64,000 bases of DNA, taken from NCBI GenBank assembly GCA_963743915.1, contig CAVURN010000001.1:768001-832000 (forward strand), read 5' to 3'. Made by a program: the position numbers and the translations under genes. Positions 55,768 to 64,000 of this stretch are shown here, piece by piece; position 1 is the first letter of the stretch, and each line of letters starts with the position of its first letter. Below the pieces are notes generated by a model. That model had not been told where the DNA came from and made no database searches. It saw nothing but the letters and a program-made list of their open reading frames with translations. This stretch comes from an uncultured Actinomycetota bacterium (GTDB taxonomy: Bacteria > Actinomycetota > Actinomycetes > JAHEKZ01).

Positions 55768-56817
55768 ATGGCAGACCGCGACAAGGCCCTGGACACCGCT
55801 CTCGCCCAGATCGAGCGGCAGTTCGGCAAGGGCTCGGTGATGCGTCTCGGCGACGAGACCCGCGCCCCGGTCGAGGTGATCCCCACCGGTGCGATCTCCC
55901 TCGACCTCGCTCTCGGCATCGGCGGTCTGCCGCGTGGCCGGGTGGTCGAGATCTACGGTCCTGAGTCCTCCGGAAAGACGACCGTGGCGCTGCACGCGGT
56001 GGCCAACGCCCAGGCGCTGGGTGGCATCGCCGCCTTCATCGACGCCGAGCACGCGCTCGATCCCGAGTACGCCAAGAAGCTCGGTGTCGACACCGACGCC
56101 CTCCTGGTCTCCCAGCCCGACACCGGTGAGCAGGCACTCGAGATCGCCGACATGCTCATCCGCTCCGGTGCGATCGACCTCATCGTGGTCGACTCCGTCG
56201 CCGCCCTGGTCCCGCGAGCGGAGATCGAGGGCGAGATGGGAGACAGCCACGTCGGCCTTCAGGCACGCCTGATGAGCCAGGCGCTCCGCAAGATGACCGG
56301 GGCGCTGAGCCAGACCAGTACGACCTGCATCTTCATCAACCAGCTGCGCGAGAAGATCGGTGTCTTCTTCGGCTCTCCGGAGACCACCACCGGTGGCAAG
56401 GCGCTGAAGTTCTACGCGTCGGTGCGCATGGACGTGCGCCGGATCGAGACCTTGAAGGACGGTACCGAGCCGGTCGGCAACCGCACCCGTATCAAGGTCG
56501 TGAAGAACAAGATGGCGCCGCCCTTCAAGCAGGCCGAGTTCGACATCCTCTACGGCCACGGCATCTCCCGCGAGGGGTCGCTGCTCGACCTCGGGGTGGA
56601 GCACGGCATCGTCCGCAAGTCCGGCGCCTGGTACACGTACGAGGGTGACCAGCTCGGTCAGGGCAAGGAGAACTCCCGCAACTTCCTGCGCGACAACCCC
56701 GACCTGGCCAACGAGATCGAGAAGAAGATCAAGGAGAAGCTCGGGATCGGCGCGCAGCTCGACGTCGAGGCGAGCCCCGAGATCGATCTCACCGAGCCGG
56801 CCCCGGCCGACCTCTGA
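55768..56817 (+). CDS. recA: Recombinase RecA (no intein)
   Basis: [27 protein letters not shown]; 349 aa. Confidence 0.99.
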   Translation: MADRDKALDTALAQIERQFGKGSVMRLGDETRAPVEVIPTGAISLDLALGIGGLPRGRVVEIYGPESSGKTTVALHAVANAQALGGIAAFIDAEHALDPEYAKKLGVDTDALLVSQPDTGEQALEIADMLIRSGAIDLIVVDSVAALVPRAEIEGEMGDSHVGLQARLMSQALRKMTGALSQTSTTCIFINQLREKIGVFFGSPETTTGGKALKFYASVRMDVRRIETLKDGTEPVGNRTRIKVVKNKMAPPFKQAEFDILYGHGISREGSLLDLGVEHGIVRKSGAWYTYEGDQLGQGKENSRNFLRDNPDLANEIEKKIKEKLGIGAQLDVEASPEIDLTEPAPADL

Positions 56818-56819
56818 CG

Positions 56820-57380
56820 GTGGCTCGCGGCTCGGCGACCCGAGGGCGCCACGCCCCGGAGCGCAGCGAGGCGTCGCAGGCACTCAGCGACCCCGAGGGC
56901 CGTGACGCCGACGCCGACCCCGTCGAGGTGGCCAAGGCGATCCTGCTGCGTCAGCTGACCACCAGCGCCAAGAGCCGGCACCAGCTCTCCGAGGCACTGG
57001 CCCGCAAAGGCGTCCCGCCCGAGGCGGCTGACGAGGCGCTCGACCGGTTCGTGGACCTCGGCTACATCGATGACGACGCTTTCGCGCGCAGCTGGGTCGA
57101 GTCCCGGCGACGTTCACGGGGGCTGGCGGCGTCCCTGCTCAGGCGTGAGCTTCGCCAGAAGGGGATCGCGCCGGAGACCATCGACGCCGTCATGGCCGAC
57201 CAGGTCGATGACGAGGGGGAGCGTGCCGCGGCGTCCGCACTCGTCGACAAGAAGCTGCGGTCGCTTCAGGGCGTCGACCCCGACACAGCCACCCGCCGAC
57301 TGGTGTCCATGCTGGCCCGCAAGGGGTACCGCCCCGGGCTCGCCTACGCGGTCGTCCGCGAGGCACTCGCCCGTCAGTGA
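56820..57380 (+). CDS. recX: Regulatory protein RecX
   Basis: GYIDDDAFARSWV, ELRQKGI, LARKGY; follows recA. Confidence 0.93.
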   Translation: MARGSATRGRHAPERSEASQALSDPEGRDADADPVEVAKAILLRQLTTSAKSRHQLSEALARKGVPPEAADEALDRFVDLGYIDDDAFARSWVESRRRSRGLAASLLRRELRQKGIAPETIDAVMADQVDDEGERAAASALVDKKLRSLQGVDPDTATRRLVSMLARKGYRPGLAYAVVREALARQ

Positions 57381-59347
57381 CTCAGGGGCAGCTGGGGGAC
57401 GCCTGACGGCTCGAAGCCGAAGACCTGGCCGTAGAACGACAGCTCACCCTCCAGCGCAGCGATGTTCGACTCCGCCTTGCGGAAGCCGTGCTGCTCGCCT
57501 GCGAAGAGCAGGTACGCGTGGGGAATGCCGCTGCCCTCGAGCGCGTCGTTCACCGCCTGCGGCTGCGACGGCGGGACGACCTTGTCGTCGTCGCCCTGGA
57601 GCAGCAGGATCGGCGTGCGGAGCTGGTCGAGGTGGGTCAGCGGCGATCGCTCGACGTAGAGGTCGCGCGCCTCCGGCAGCGGGCCGATCAGGCCGTCGAG
57701 GTAACGAGACTCGAAGTCGTGGGTGTCCTCAGCGAACGGCAGCAGGTCGGTCACGGGGAAGTACGCCGCACCGGCGGCGAACGCGTCGGTCTGCACGAGT
57801 GCGGCGACCGTGGTCCAGCCTCCGGCCGAGCCACCGCGGATCCCGAGCCGTGCCAGGTCGGCCTCACCGGCGTCGGCCAGTGACCGCGCTGCCGTCACCG
57901 AGTCGTCGACGTCGATGACACCCCACTGTCCTTTCAGGCGATCCCGGTAGACGCGGCCGTAGCCGGTGGACCCGCCGTAGTTGACGTCGATGATCCCGAT
58001 GCCCCGGCTGGCGAAGTACGCGTACTCCATCGACAGGTGCGGGGCGGCGTGGGCGGTCGGTCCACCGTGCACCGAGACGACGTACGGCGGCAGCTGGCCC
58101 TCGGGAGCCGTGACGTCGGGGTTGGTGGGCGGGTAGATGAAGGCGTGGATCTCGTGCCCGTCCGGACGGACGAACGTTCGCGCCTCCGGGCGCGGCAGGT
58201 ACGCACCGTCGGGGAGCTCGCTCACCGACGGTCGGACGATGTCGACCTCGGCAGGCAGTGCCGACACGTCGACGACGGCGACGGAGTTCGGGACGGTACC
58301 GGATGAGACGACCGAGACGACCGAGGTGCCCGCGGCGGTGAGGTACGGGCCCCATCCGAGATCGGGGTGCACCGAACTCAGCTCACCGCTCGCCGGGTCG
58401 AGCACGGACAGGCTTTCGTGTCCCTTGCCGTGCGTGACGGCGAGTCGTCCGTCGGAGAGCACTGCGTAGGACGTGTAGCCGAGCTGCCACATCGGGCCCG
58501 CGAACTCCTCGTCGCGCGCAGCCAGCGGTACGAGCGATCCGTCCGACAGCGAGCACCGGTACAGGTTCCACCAGCCGCTGCGGTCCGAGACGAGGTACAG
58601 GTGTCCGTCGTCCGCCCACTCCGGTTGCAGCACCGACTCGGTGGACGACCCGGCGAGCACCCGCTCGGCGGCAGGAAGCGTGCCGCTGAGCTCGATGACG
58701 GCCGCCACCGTCCCGTCCCACGGCATCTGCGGGTGCTCCCAGGCGATGTAGGAGACGCGCGCGCCGTCGGGGGAGACGCGGGGGTGGGCGTAGAAGTGGT
58801 GCTGGTCGTTGAGCACGACGACCGCGTCGTCATCCTGTGCCGCGGAGCCGTCGAGCGGCACCTGCACCAGGCATCGGCTCACCACGTCGCCGGTGTGCGT
58901 CTCGCGGACCGCGATGACCGTCGCGCCAGGACCGGGGACTGGCTCGCCGTACATGTGCGTGACCGCATCGGTGGGGGCGGGCGTGAGGGGTGAAGGCGTT
59001 TTCTGGTCGTCGCGCAGCAGGTACAGACGCTGGTCCTCCCAGAAGCTGAACACGGTGCCGCCACCCTCGGGGGCGTCCACCCGGCCCCAGCACCGAGCGC
59101 CGTACTCGATGATCCTGCTGCGGACGTTCCACTCCGGGGAGAGGACCTCGGCGACCTCGCCGGAGGGCGTCCGCCGCATCAGAGCGGAGCGTCCCTCGCT
59201 CTCCGGACGCCCCTCGAGCCACCACACCTCGATACCGTCAGGGGCCCCCACCGCCGCTGGGAACTCCAGGTCGATGGAGCCACGGGCGACGTCCGCTGCG
59301 GAGATGGGGGAGGGCCAGGCCCCGTAGGGCAGTGTCTGCAGGCTCAT
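57374..59347 (-). CDS. S9-family (prolyl oligopeptidase/acylaminoacyl) serine peptidase
   Basis: PYGAWPSPI, HGGPT, NYGGSTGYG, GGSAGG, QGDDDKVV, EQHGF catalytic triad. Confidence 0.93.
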   Translation of the reverse strand: MSLQTLPYGAWPSPISAADVARGSIDLEFPAAVGAPDGIEVWWLEGRPESEGRSALMRRTPSGEVAEVLSPEWNVRSRIIEYGARCWGRVDAPEGGGTVFSFWEDQRLYLLRDDQKTPSPLTPAPTDAVTHMYGEPVPGPGATVIAVRETHTGDVVSRCLVQVPLDGSAAQDDDAVVVLNDQHHFYAHPRVSPDGARVSYIAWEHPQMPWDGTVAAVIELSGTLPAAERVLAGSSTESVLQPEWADDGHLYLVSDRSGWWNLYRCSLSDGSLVPLAARDEEFAGPMWQLGYTSYAVLSDGRLAVTHGKGHESLSVLDPASGELSSVHPDLGWGPYLTAAGTSVVSVVSSGTVPNSVAVVDVSALPAEVDIVRPSVSELPDGAYLPRPEARTFVRPDGHEIHAFIYPPTNPDVTAPEGQLPPYVVSVHGGPTAHAAPHLSMEYAYFASRGIGIIDVNYGGSTGYGRVYRDRLKGQWGVIDVDDSVTAARSLADAGEADLARLGIRGGSAGGWTTVAALVQTDAFAAGAAYFPVTDLLPFAEDTHDFESRYLDGLIGPLPEARDLYVERSPLTHLDQLRTPILLLQGDDDKVVPPSQPQAVNDALEGSGIPHAYLLFAGEQHGFRKAESNIAALEGELSFYGQVFGFEPSGVPQLPLSH

Positions 59348-59373
59348 GAGGCGACTCTAGTCACGGGCAACTT

Positions 59374-59391
59374 ACTGACTGACCATTCAGT
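59374..59391. promoter_or_regulatory. Imperfect palindrome ACTGACTGACCATTCAGT (TetR/BetI-like operator)
   Basis: 14/18 self-complementary, just upstream of -10-like TACCCT of the Rieske gene. Confidence 0.5.
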
Positions 59392-59429
59392 GAACTGCTA
59401 CCCTGGGGCCTGACGAGGGAGGCTCCCCC

Positions 59430-60524
59430 ATGCCCGTATCTGAGCGTCACACGCTCCCAGGACGCGACTACCGCGACCCCGAGATCTTCGACCTCGAGAG
59501 GCGGCAGATCTTCTGGCGCAAGTGGTTCTGCGTCGGGCGCGCCGAGCAGGCGCCGCAGACCGGCGACTGGTTCACAGCCGACGTCACCGGCGAGAGCGTC
59601 ATCGTCGTGCGTGGCGACGACGGCGGCCTGCGCGCGTTCTACAACGTGTGCCGGCACCGCGGTGCCCGGCTCCGCGAAGAGGAGCGTGGCCACGACAAGG
59701 GCTCGATCATGTGCCCCTACCACGCCTGGTGCTACGACATGCGGGGCGACCTCGTGGCGACGCCCAAGGTTGCCGAGGACGAGGTCGACCGGTCGAAGCT
59801 GTCGCTGTGGCCGGTCCACCTGGACGAGTGGCAGGGCTTCGTCTTCGTCTCGCTCGCCAAGGAGCGCCCGGCGCCGGTGCGTGAGCAGCTGGGTGAGGGT
59901 TGGGACGACCTGCTCGACTTCGAGAGGTTCGAGATCGACCAGCTCCGGATCGGCGCCGCCACCGAGTGGATGGTCGAGGCGAACTGGAAGATCATCATCG
60001 AGAACTACAACGAGTGCCTGCACTGTCCGACGGTGCACCCCGAGCTGGTCGACGTCATCCCGGCCTACCGCAAGGGCTGGGTCTTCGAGGACGGCCGCAA
60101 CGACGGCGGCGTGACCTTGGCGTCCGGATCGACGTACGCCCCAGGCGTCTCGACGCTGCCGCTCCTCCCGACGATGAACGAGGTGGACGCGACGTCGGTG
60201 TACGGCGGCACCATCTTCCCCAACGTGATGATCGACATCTCGGGGACGGCGATCATCGTCACGCTGCTGCTGCCGGTCAGCGCTACGCGCACGCGGCAGC
60301 TCGCCTGGTACCTCTTCCACCCGGACGCCATCGCCGCTCCCGACTTCGACCCGAGCGGTCTGGTGCAGTTCGGTGAGCTGGTCGGGGGGCAGGACAACGA
60401 CGTCTGCGAGCGGGTCCAGCGGGGCGTCAGCTCGCAGGCCTTCGTCCACGGCGTCTACCCCGCCAAGGATGAGTACGTCTACGCGTTCAACCAGCGCTAC
60501 CTGCGCGAGCGCGACGGCGGCTGA
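59430..60524 (+). CDS. Rieske non-heme iron oxygenase alpha subunit (betaine/choline-demethylase-like group)
   Basis: CRHRG...CPYH Rieske ligands; NWK...ENYNECLHCPTVH and QD iron site. Confidence 0.88.
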   Translation: MPVSERHTLPGRDYRDPEIFDLERRQIFWRKWFCVGRAEQAPQTGDWFTADVTGESVIVVRGDDGGLRAFYNVCRHRGARLREEERGHDKGSIMCPYHAWCYDMRGDLVATPKVAEDEVDRSKLSLWPVHLDEWQGFVFVSLAKERPAPVREQLGEGWDDLLDFERFEIDQLRIGAATEWMVEANWKIIIENYNECLHCPTVHPELVDVIPAYRKGWVFEDGRNDGGVTLASGSTYAPGVSTLPLLPTMNEVDATSVYGGTIFPNVMIDISGTAIIVTLLLPVSATRTRQLAWYLFHPDAIAAPDFDPSGLVQFGELVGGQDNDVCERVQRGVSSQAFVHGVYPAKDEYVYAFNQRYLRERDGG

Positions 60525-60664
60525 CGCTCCGGACCCGGCGCCAGAGGCTGGCCGGATCGGAGGATCCCTTGCGCTTCTCGGGTCGTGAACAGCCCAGAAC
60601 CGCAGACAATCCTCCAATCGCGGCCCTCTGACGCCGTCGATCGCCGGATGTCGCTGGCGGCCCG

Positions 60665-61906
60665 TCAGCCGCTGCGTGCCCCGTGTCCGGCGGTCTCGGC
60701 TGCCGTCCGCCCCGGCAGGTCGCGGGGGTCGACCGGCCCCTGGCGCGGGTGCAGGAAGATGCCGGCGCGCGGCTTCGGCTCGATGTAGGTGCTCTTCGGA
60801 GGCATCACCTCGCCGCGCTCGGCCACCTCGATGAGCTCCTCGTGCGTCGGCGCGGTGAGCAGGAAGAGCGCGCCGTCGGGGTGGGTGGCGGCGACCTCGT
60901 GCACGTCCGCCAGCTCGGAGACGTACGACACCCGCTCATGTCCGGCGTACGTGCTCAGCAGTGGCTTGAGCACCAGCTCGTCGAGCAGCGTCACATCGAG
61001 TCCGGCGGCACCGTGCGCACGCTCCTGGAGCCGGGGTCGGACGCGGTACCAGCGGTCTCCGAGGTGCAGGCCGAAGACGCCGTGAGCTGTGGCGGGGCCG
61101 TCGGCGTCCTCCACGTCACCCAGCTGGCGAAGACCGTTGAGCAACGCCGGGGAGTCGATCGGGCCGGCCACGAGCCGATGGAACGCCAGCAGGTGCGTCT
61201 GGCTCTGGGGGTAGAGCACCGAGAGCACGGTGCCACCGCGAGGGCTGCCGTGGTCGTGCCACCGCTCGACGGTCGCGGCCACCCGGTGGTGGCCGTCGGC
61301 GACGTAGTGCCGCACGCCGCCGAGACGTTCGGCGATCAGCGCGATGTCGCCGTCCGAGAGTCGCCAGACCTGCTGCTCGACGCCGGTCAGGTCGGTGACG
61401 GTCAGGATCGGCGCACTCGCGCTGACGGAGTCGATGACGGCGGCCACGACGTCGTCGTCGCGGTGCATGAGGGCCACCAGCTCCGAGCGCGTCGGCACCG
61501 CCTCGAAGTGCCGGGCGAGGGCCTGCACCTTCTCCGGGTTGGTGTTCTCGTGGCCGAGCACCCGCCCGTCGACGAACCCGCTGACGTCCAGGTCGGCGAC
61601 GATCCCGGTGTGCTCCTCGCCGTTCTGGCTGATCCGGTAGAGGTACAACGCCGGCTGCCAGAGGTCGCCGTAGGCACCGGATCTGAGCAGACGTTCCAGG
61701 CCCTCGGCGTTGGCCGCCCCGATCTCCTCGAAGGAGGCACCCGGCATGTCCAGCGCGGACCGCGTCACGTTCAGGTAGCTGAGCGGGTTCTCCAGCAGGA
61801 GGTTCGCCCGCTGCGCCGGGCTGAGAGCGTCGTGCATCGGGCACACGACGTTGGTGGCCTGCTCCTGCCGGACGATGCGCGCCGGAAAGGGGCGGATCAG
61901 GCTCAT
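60665..61906 (-). CDS. DUF1015-family protein
   Basis: IRPF, NPLSYL, LYLY, HENT, YVADGHHR, MPPKSTY..PK. Confidence 0.88.
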   Translation of the reverse strand: MSLIRPFPARIVRQEQATNVVCPMHDALSPAQRANLLLENPLSYLNVTRSALDMPGASFEEIGAANAEGLERLLRSGAYGDLWQPALYLYRISQNGEEHTGIVADLDVSGFVDGRVLGHENTNPEKVQALARHFEAVPTRSELVALMHRDDDVVAAVIDSVSASAPILTVTDLTGVEQQVWRLSDGDIALIAERLGGVRHYVADGHHRVAATVERWHDHGSPRGGTVLSVLYPQSQTHLLAFHRLVAGPIDSPALLNGLRQLGDVEDADGPATAHGVFGLHLGDRWYRVRPRLQERAHGAAGLDVTLLDELVLKPLLSTYAGHERVSYVSELADVHEVAATHPDGALFLLTAPTHEELIEVAERGEVMPPKSTYIEPKPRAGIFLHPRQGPVDPRDLPGRTAAETAGHGARSG

Positions 61907-62892
61907 CCTCCGCCACCGCCCAGAGCGTCCGGGTTCACGACGTGCACCGGCGAGCCCGCGACGAACGCCGCCACCACGTCCACGACACCTTCGGCAACGG
62001 CCAGCTGAGCCTGCTCGGTCGAGGCACCAACGTGATGGGTGCCGACCACTGCAGGGTGTGCGGCGATGGCCGACGTCCACGCCGCGTTCCCGGTCCCCGG
62101 TTCGTCGGGGAAGACGTCGAGCCCGGCGCGGATCGCCCCTGCCTCGAGGCGCTCGAGGAGTGCGTCGGCATCGACCACGTCCGCCCGTGAGGTGTTGATG
62201 AGCACCGCGCCGGGTCGCATCGCGCCCAGCGTCTCGGCGTCCACGATGCCGGCGGTGTCGGGCCCGGCAGGGATGTGCAGCGACAGCCAGTCCACGGACG
62301 CAGCGAGCTCGGGCTGTGAGTCGAGCAGGGCGATGCCGAGGTCGGCGATGCGCGCCTCGGACTCGGCGGAACGCCCCGGGCGTCGCAGCGCCAGGACGTT
62401 CATTCCGAACGCACGGGCACGGGAAGCCACCCCGAGTCCGATGCTGCCGAGACCGACGATGCCGAGGTCGGTGCCCTTGAGGCCGCGCGCACCCTTGCTC
62501 ATGCCCTTCTTGTCCCACTGTCCGGCGCGCAGCGCGATCACGCCGTCGGGGATCTTGCGGTCGATGGCGAGCATGAGCCCGAAGGCCAGCTCGGCGACGG
62601 CGTCCGCGTTGCGCCCGGGGACGTTGGTGACGACGACGCCGGACGCGGTGGCGGCGGCGACGTCGATGGTGTTGGTGCCGGCGCCGGCACGGACGACGAG
62701 GGTGAGCTCCTTTCCGGCGGCCAGGGTCTCAGCGGTGACCTTCGTGCTGCGCACGATGAGGGCCTCGGCATCCCCGATGGCGGACGGGAGACTGTCGCCG
62801 GTGAGGTCGGGGTCGACCGTGCAGGTGTGACCAGCGGACTCCAGCGCGGCGACCGCGAAGGGCTCGAGGGCGTCGGCGACCAGGATGCGCAT
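61903..62892 (-). CDS. D-isomer 2-hydroxyacid dehydrogenase, short SerA (PGDH)-like, no ACT domain
   Basis: [56 protein letters not shown]; 329 aa. Confidence 0.85.
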   Translation of the reverse strand: MRILVADALEPFAVAALESAGHTCTVDPDLTGDSLPSAIGDAEALIVRSTKVTAETLAAGKELTLVVRAGAGTNTIDVAAATASGVVVTNVPGRNADAVAELAFGLMLAIDRKIPDGVIALRAGQWDKKGMSKGARGLKGTDLGIVGLGSIGLGVASRARAFGMNVLALRRPGRSAESEARIADLGIALLDSQPELAASVDWLSLHIPAGPDTAGIVDAETLGAMRPGAVLINTSRADVVDADALLERLEAGAIRAGLDVFPDEPGTGNAAWTSAIAAHPAVVGTHHVGASTEQAQLAVAEGVVDVVAAFVAGSPVHVVNPDALGGGGG

Positions 62893-62980
62893 GGCGGACC
62901 TCAGGCTTCGTCGGTCGGGCGGCGGCGCCGCTCGAGAACGATCAGCGTGGCAGCAGCGTACGGGCTGCGGCGAGCCGATG

Positions 62981-62996
62981 GTCCACGATGTGGGAC
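62981..62996. promoter_or_regulatory. Palindrome GTCCACGATGTGGGAC upstream of the serA-like operon (IclR/NdgR-like site)
   Basis: GTCCAC-N3-GTGGGAC about 20 nt upstream of a minus-strand TACGCT -10. Confidence 0.4.
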
Positions 62997-63017
62997 GTGT
63001 GTTCCGCGAGCCCCTTC

Positions 63018-63101
63018 TCCCACGAACGACGCATTCACCCACTGTGCGGGAACAGGCACCGCACTCATGGGCGCGTGCGGGTGAGTGCGTCGTTCTTGGG
63101 A
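63018..63101. repeat. Long REP-like hairpin between serA-like and miaB
   Basis: TCCCACGAACGACGCATTCACCC / GGGTGAGTGCGTCGTTCTTGGGA, 21/23 paired, with inner GTGCGG/CCGCAC stem. Confidence 0.75.
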
Positions 63102-63121
63102 TTCCGTACCCTGGACGCGTC

Positions 63122-64000
63122 ATGAGCAACCTCGCCGAGCCGGTCGCGCCTCCCACACCCCGGACCTATGAGGTCCGCACCTACGGGTGCCAGATGAACG
63201 CTCACGACTCCGAGCGGCTGGCCGGCTCGCTGGAAGCCGCGGGGTACGTCCGGGTTGCCGAGGGCGGCACTCCTGACGTGGTGGTCTTCAACACCTGCGC
63301 CGTCCGCGAGAACGCCGACAACCGCCTCTACGGCAACCTCGGGCACCTCGCGCCGGTGAAGGTGTCCCACCCGGGGATGCAGATCGCCGTCGGCGGCTGC
63401 CTCGCGCAGAAGGATCGAGGCACGATCCTGGAGCGCGCGCCCTGGGTCGACGTGGTGTTCGGCACGCACAACGTGGGGGCGCTGCCGGCGCTCCTCGAAC
63501 GCGCCCGCGTCCAGGAGGAGGCGCAGGTCGAGATCCTCGAGTCGCTCGAGGTCTTCCCCTCGACGCTGCCGACCCGGCGCGAGTCGGTCTACGCGGCGTG
63601 GGTCTCGATCAGTGTGGGGTGCAACAACACGTGCACCTTCTGCATCGTGCCGTCTCTCCGCGGGGTCGAGAAGGACCGTCGCCCCGGCGACATCCTCAGC
63701 GAGGTGCGCGCCCTGGTCGACGAGGGCGTCCTCGAGGTCACGCTGCTGGGCCAGAACGTGAACTCCTACGGCGTCGAGTTCGGCGACCGGCACGCCTTCG
63801 GCAAGCTGCTGAGGGCCTGTGGGGACGTGGGGGGCCTGGAGCGCGTGCGCTTCACCTCCCCGCACCCGCGCGACTTCACCGATGACGTGATCGCTGCCAT
63901 GGCCGAGACGCCGAACGTGATGCCGCAGCTGCACATGCCCCTGCAGTCGGGGTCGGACGCCGTGCTGCGTGCGATGCGACGCTCCTACCGACGCGACAAG
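63122..64000 (+). CDS. miaB: tRNA-2-methylthio-N6-dimethylallyladenosine synthase, 3' partial
   Basis: Manual translation: [53 protein letters not shown]. Confidence 0.96.
   Translation, partial: MSNLAEPVAPPTPRTYEVRTYGCQMNAHDSERLAGSLEAAGYVRVAEGGTPDVVVFNTCAVRENADNRLYGNLGHLAPVKVSHPGMQIAVGGCLAQKDRGTILERAPWVDVVFGTHNVGALPALLERARVQEEAQVEILESLEVFPSTLPTRRESVYAAWVSISVGCNNTCTFCIVPSLRGVEKDRRPGDILSEVRALVDEGVLEVTLLGQNVNSYGVEFGDRHAFGKLLRACGDVGGLERVRFTSPHPRDFTDDVIAAMAETPNVMPQLHMPLQSGSDAVLRAMRRSYRRDK

Noticed and set aside
55768-56817. Intein in RecA
   Set aside because: 349 aa, colinear with a standard RecA.

Overview
High-GC actinobacterial (Actinomycetes-type) chromosomal segment, mostly core genome. 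Order: partial EAL protein, gabT-PucR-ALDH, TetR/MMPL, dxr-rseP-ispG, three GNATs, proS, rimP-nusA-ylxR-infB-rbfA-nrnA-truB-ribF, rpsO-pnp (with Actino-pnp RNA)-M16-dapB, a small ECF-sigma islet, azlCD, thyX-dapA-rnj-ftsK-rodZ-like-rimO-pgsA-cinA-clgR, lhr, recA-recX, S9 peptidase, orphan Rieske oxygenase, a serA-like/DUF1015 pair and partial miaB. I saw no tRNA, rRNA, transposase, integrase, prophage or CRISPR-cas. The most unusual signals are: (i) a dispersed repeat with an exact 32-bp period (core CGAGTGCGGwGCTGrTGGACG) at the 3' ends of proS and lhr, one unit of which encodes the ProRS C-terminus, plus several REP-like long hairpins; (ii) a translationally coupled short SerA-like dehydrogenase and DUF1015 (ParB/Srx-like DGHHR) operon with no serC; (iii) readable cis-regulatory sites (LexA and PafBC boxes, TetR, PucR and BetI-like operators, many leaderless promoters); (iv) a dense cluster of frameshifts at 33.4-35.9 kb that is probably a consensus artefact. 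All family assignments come from motif recognition by eye, not database searches.
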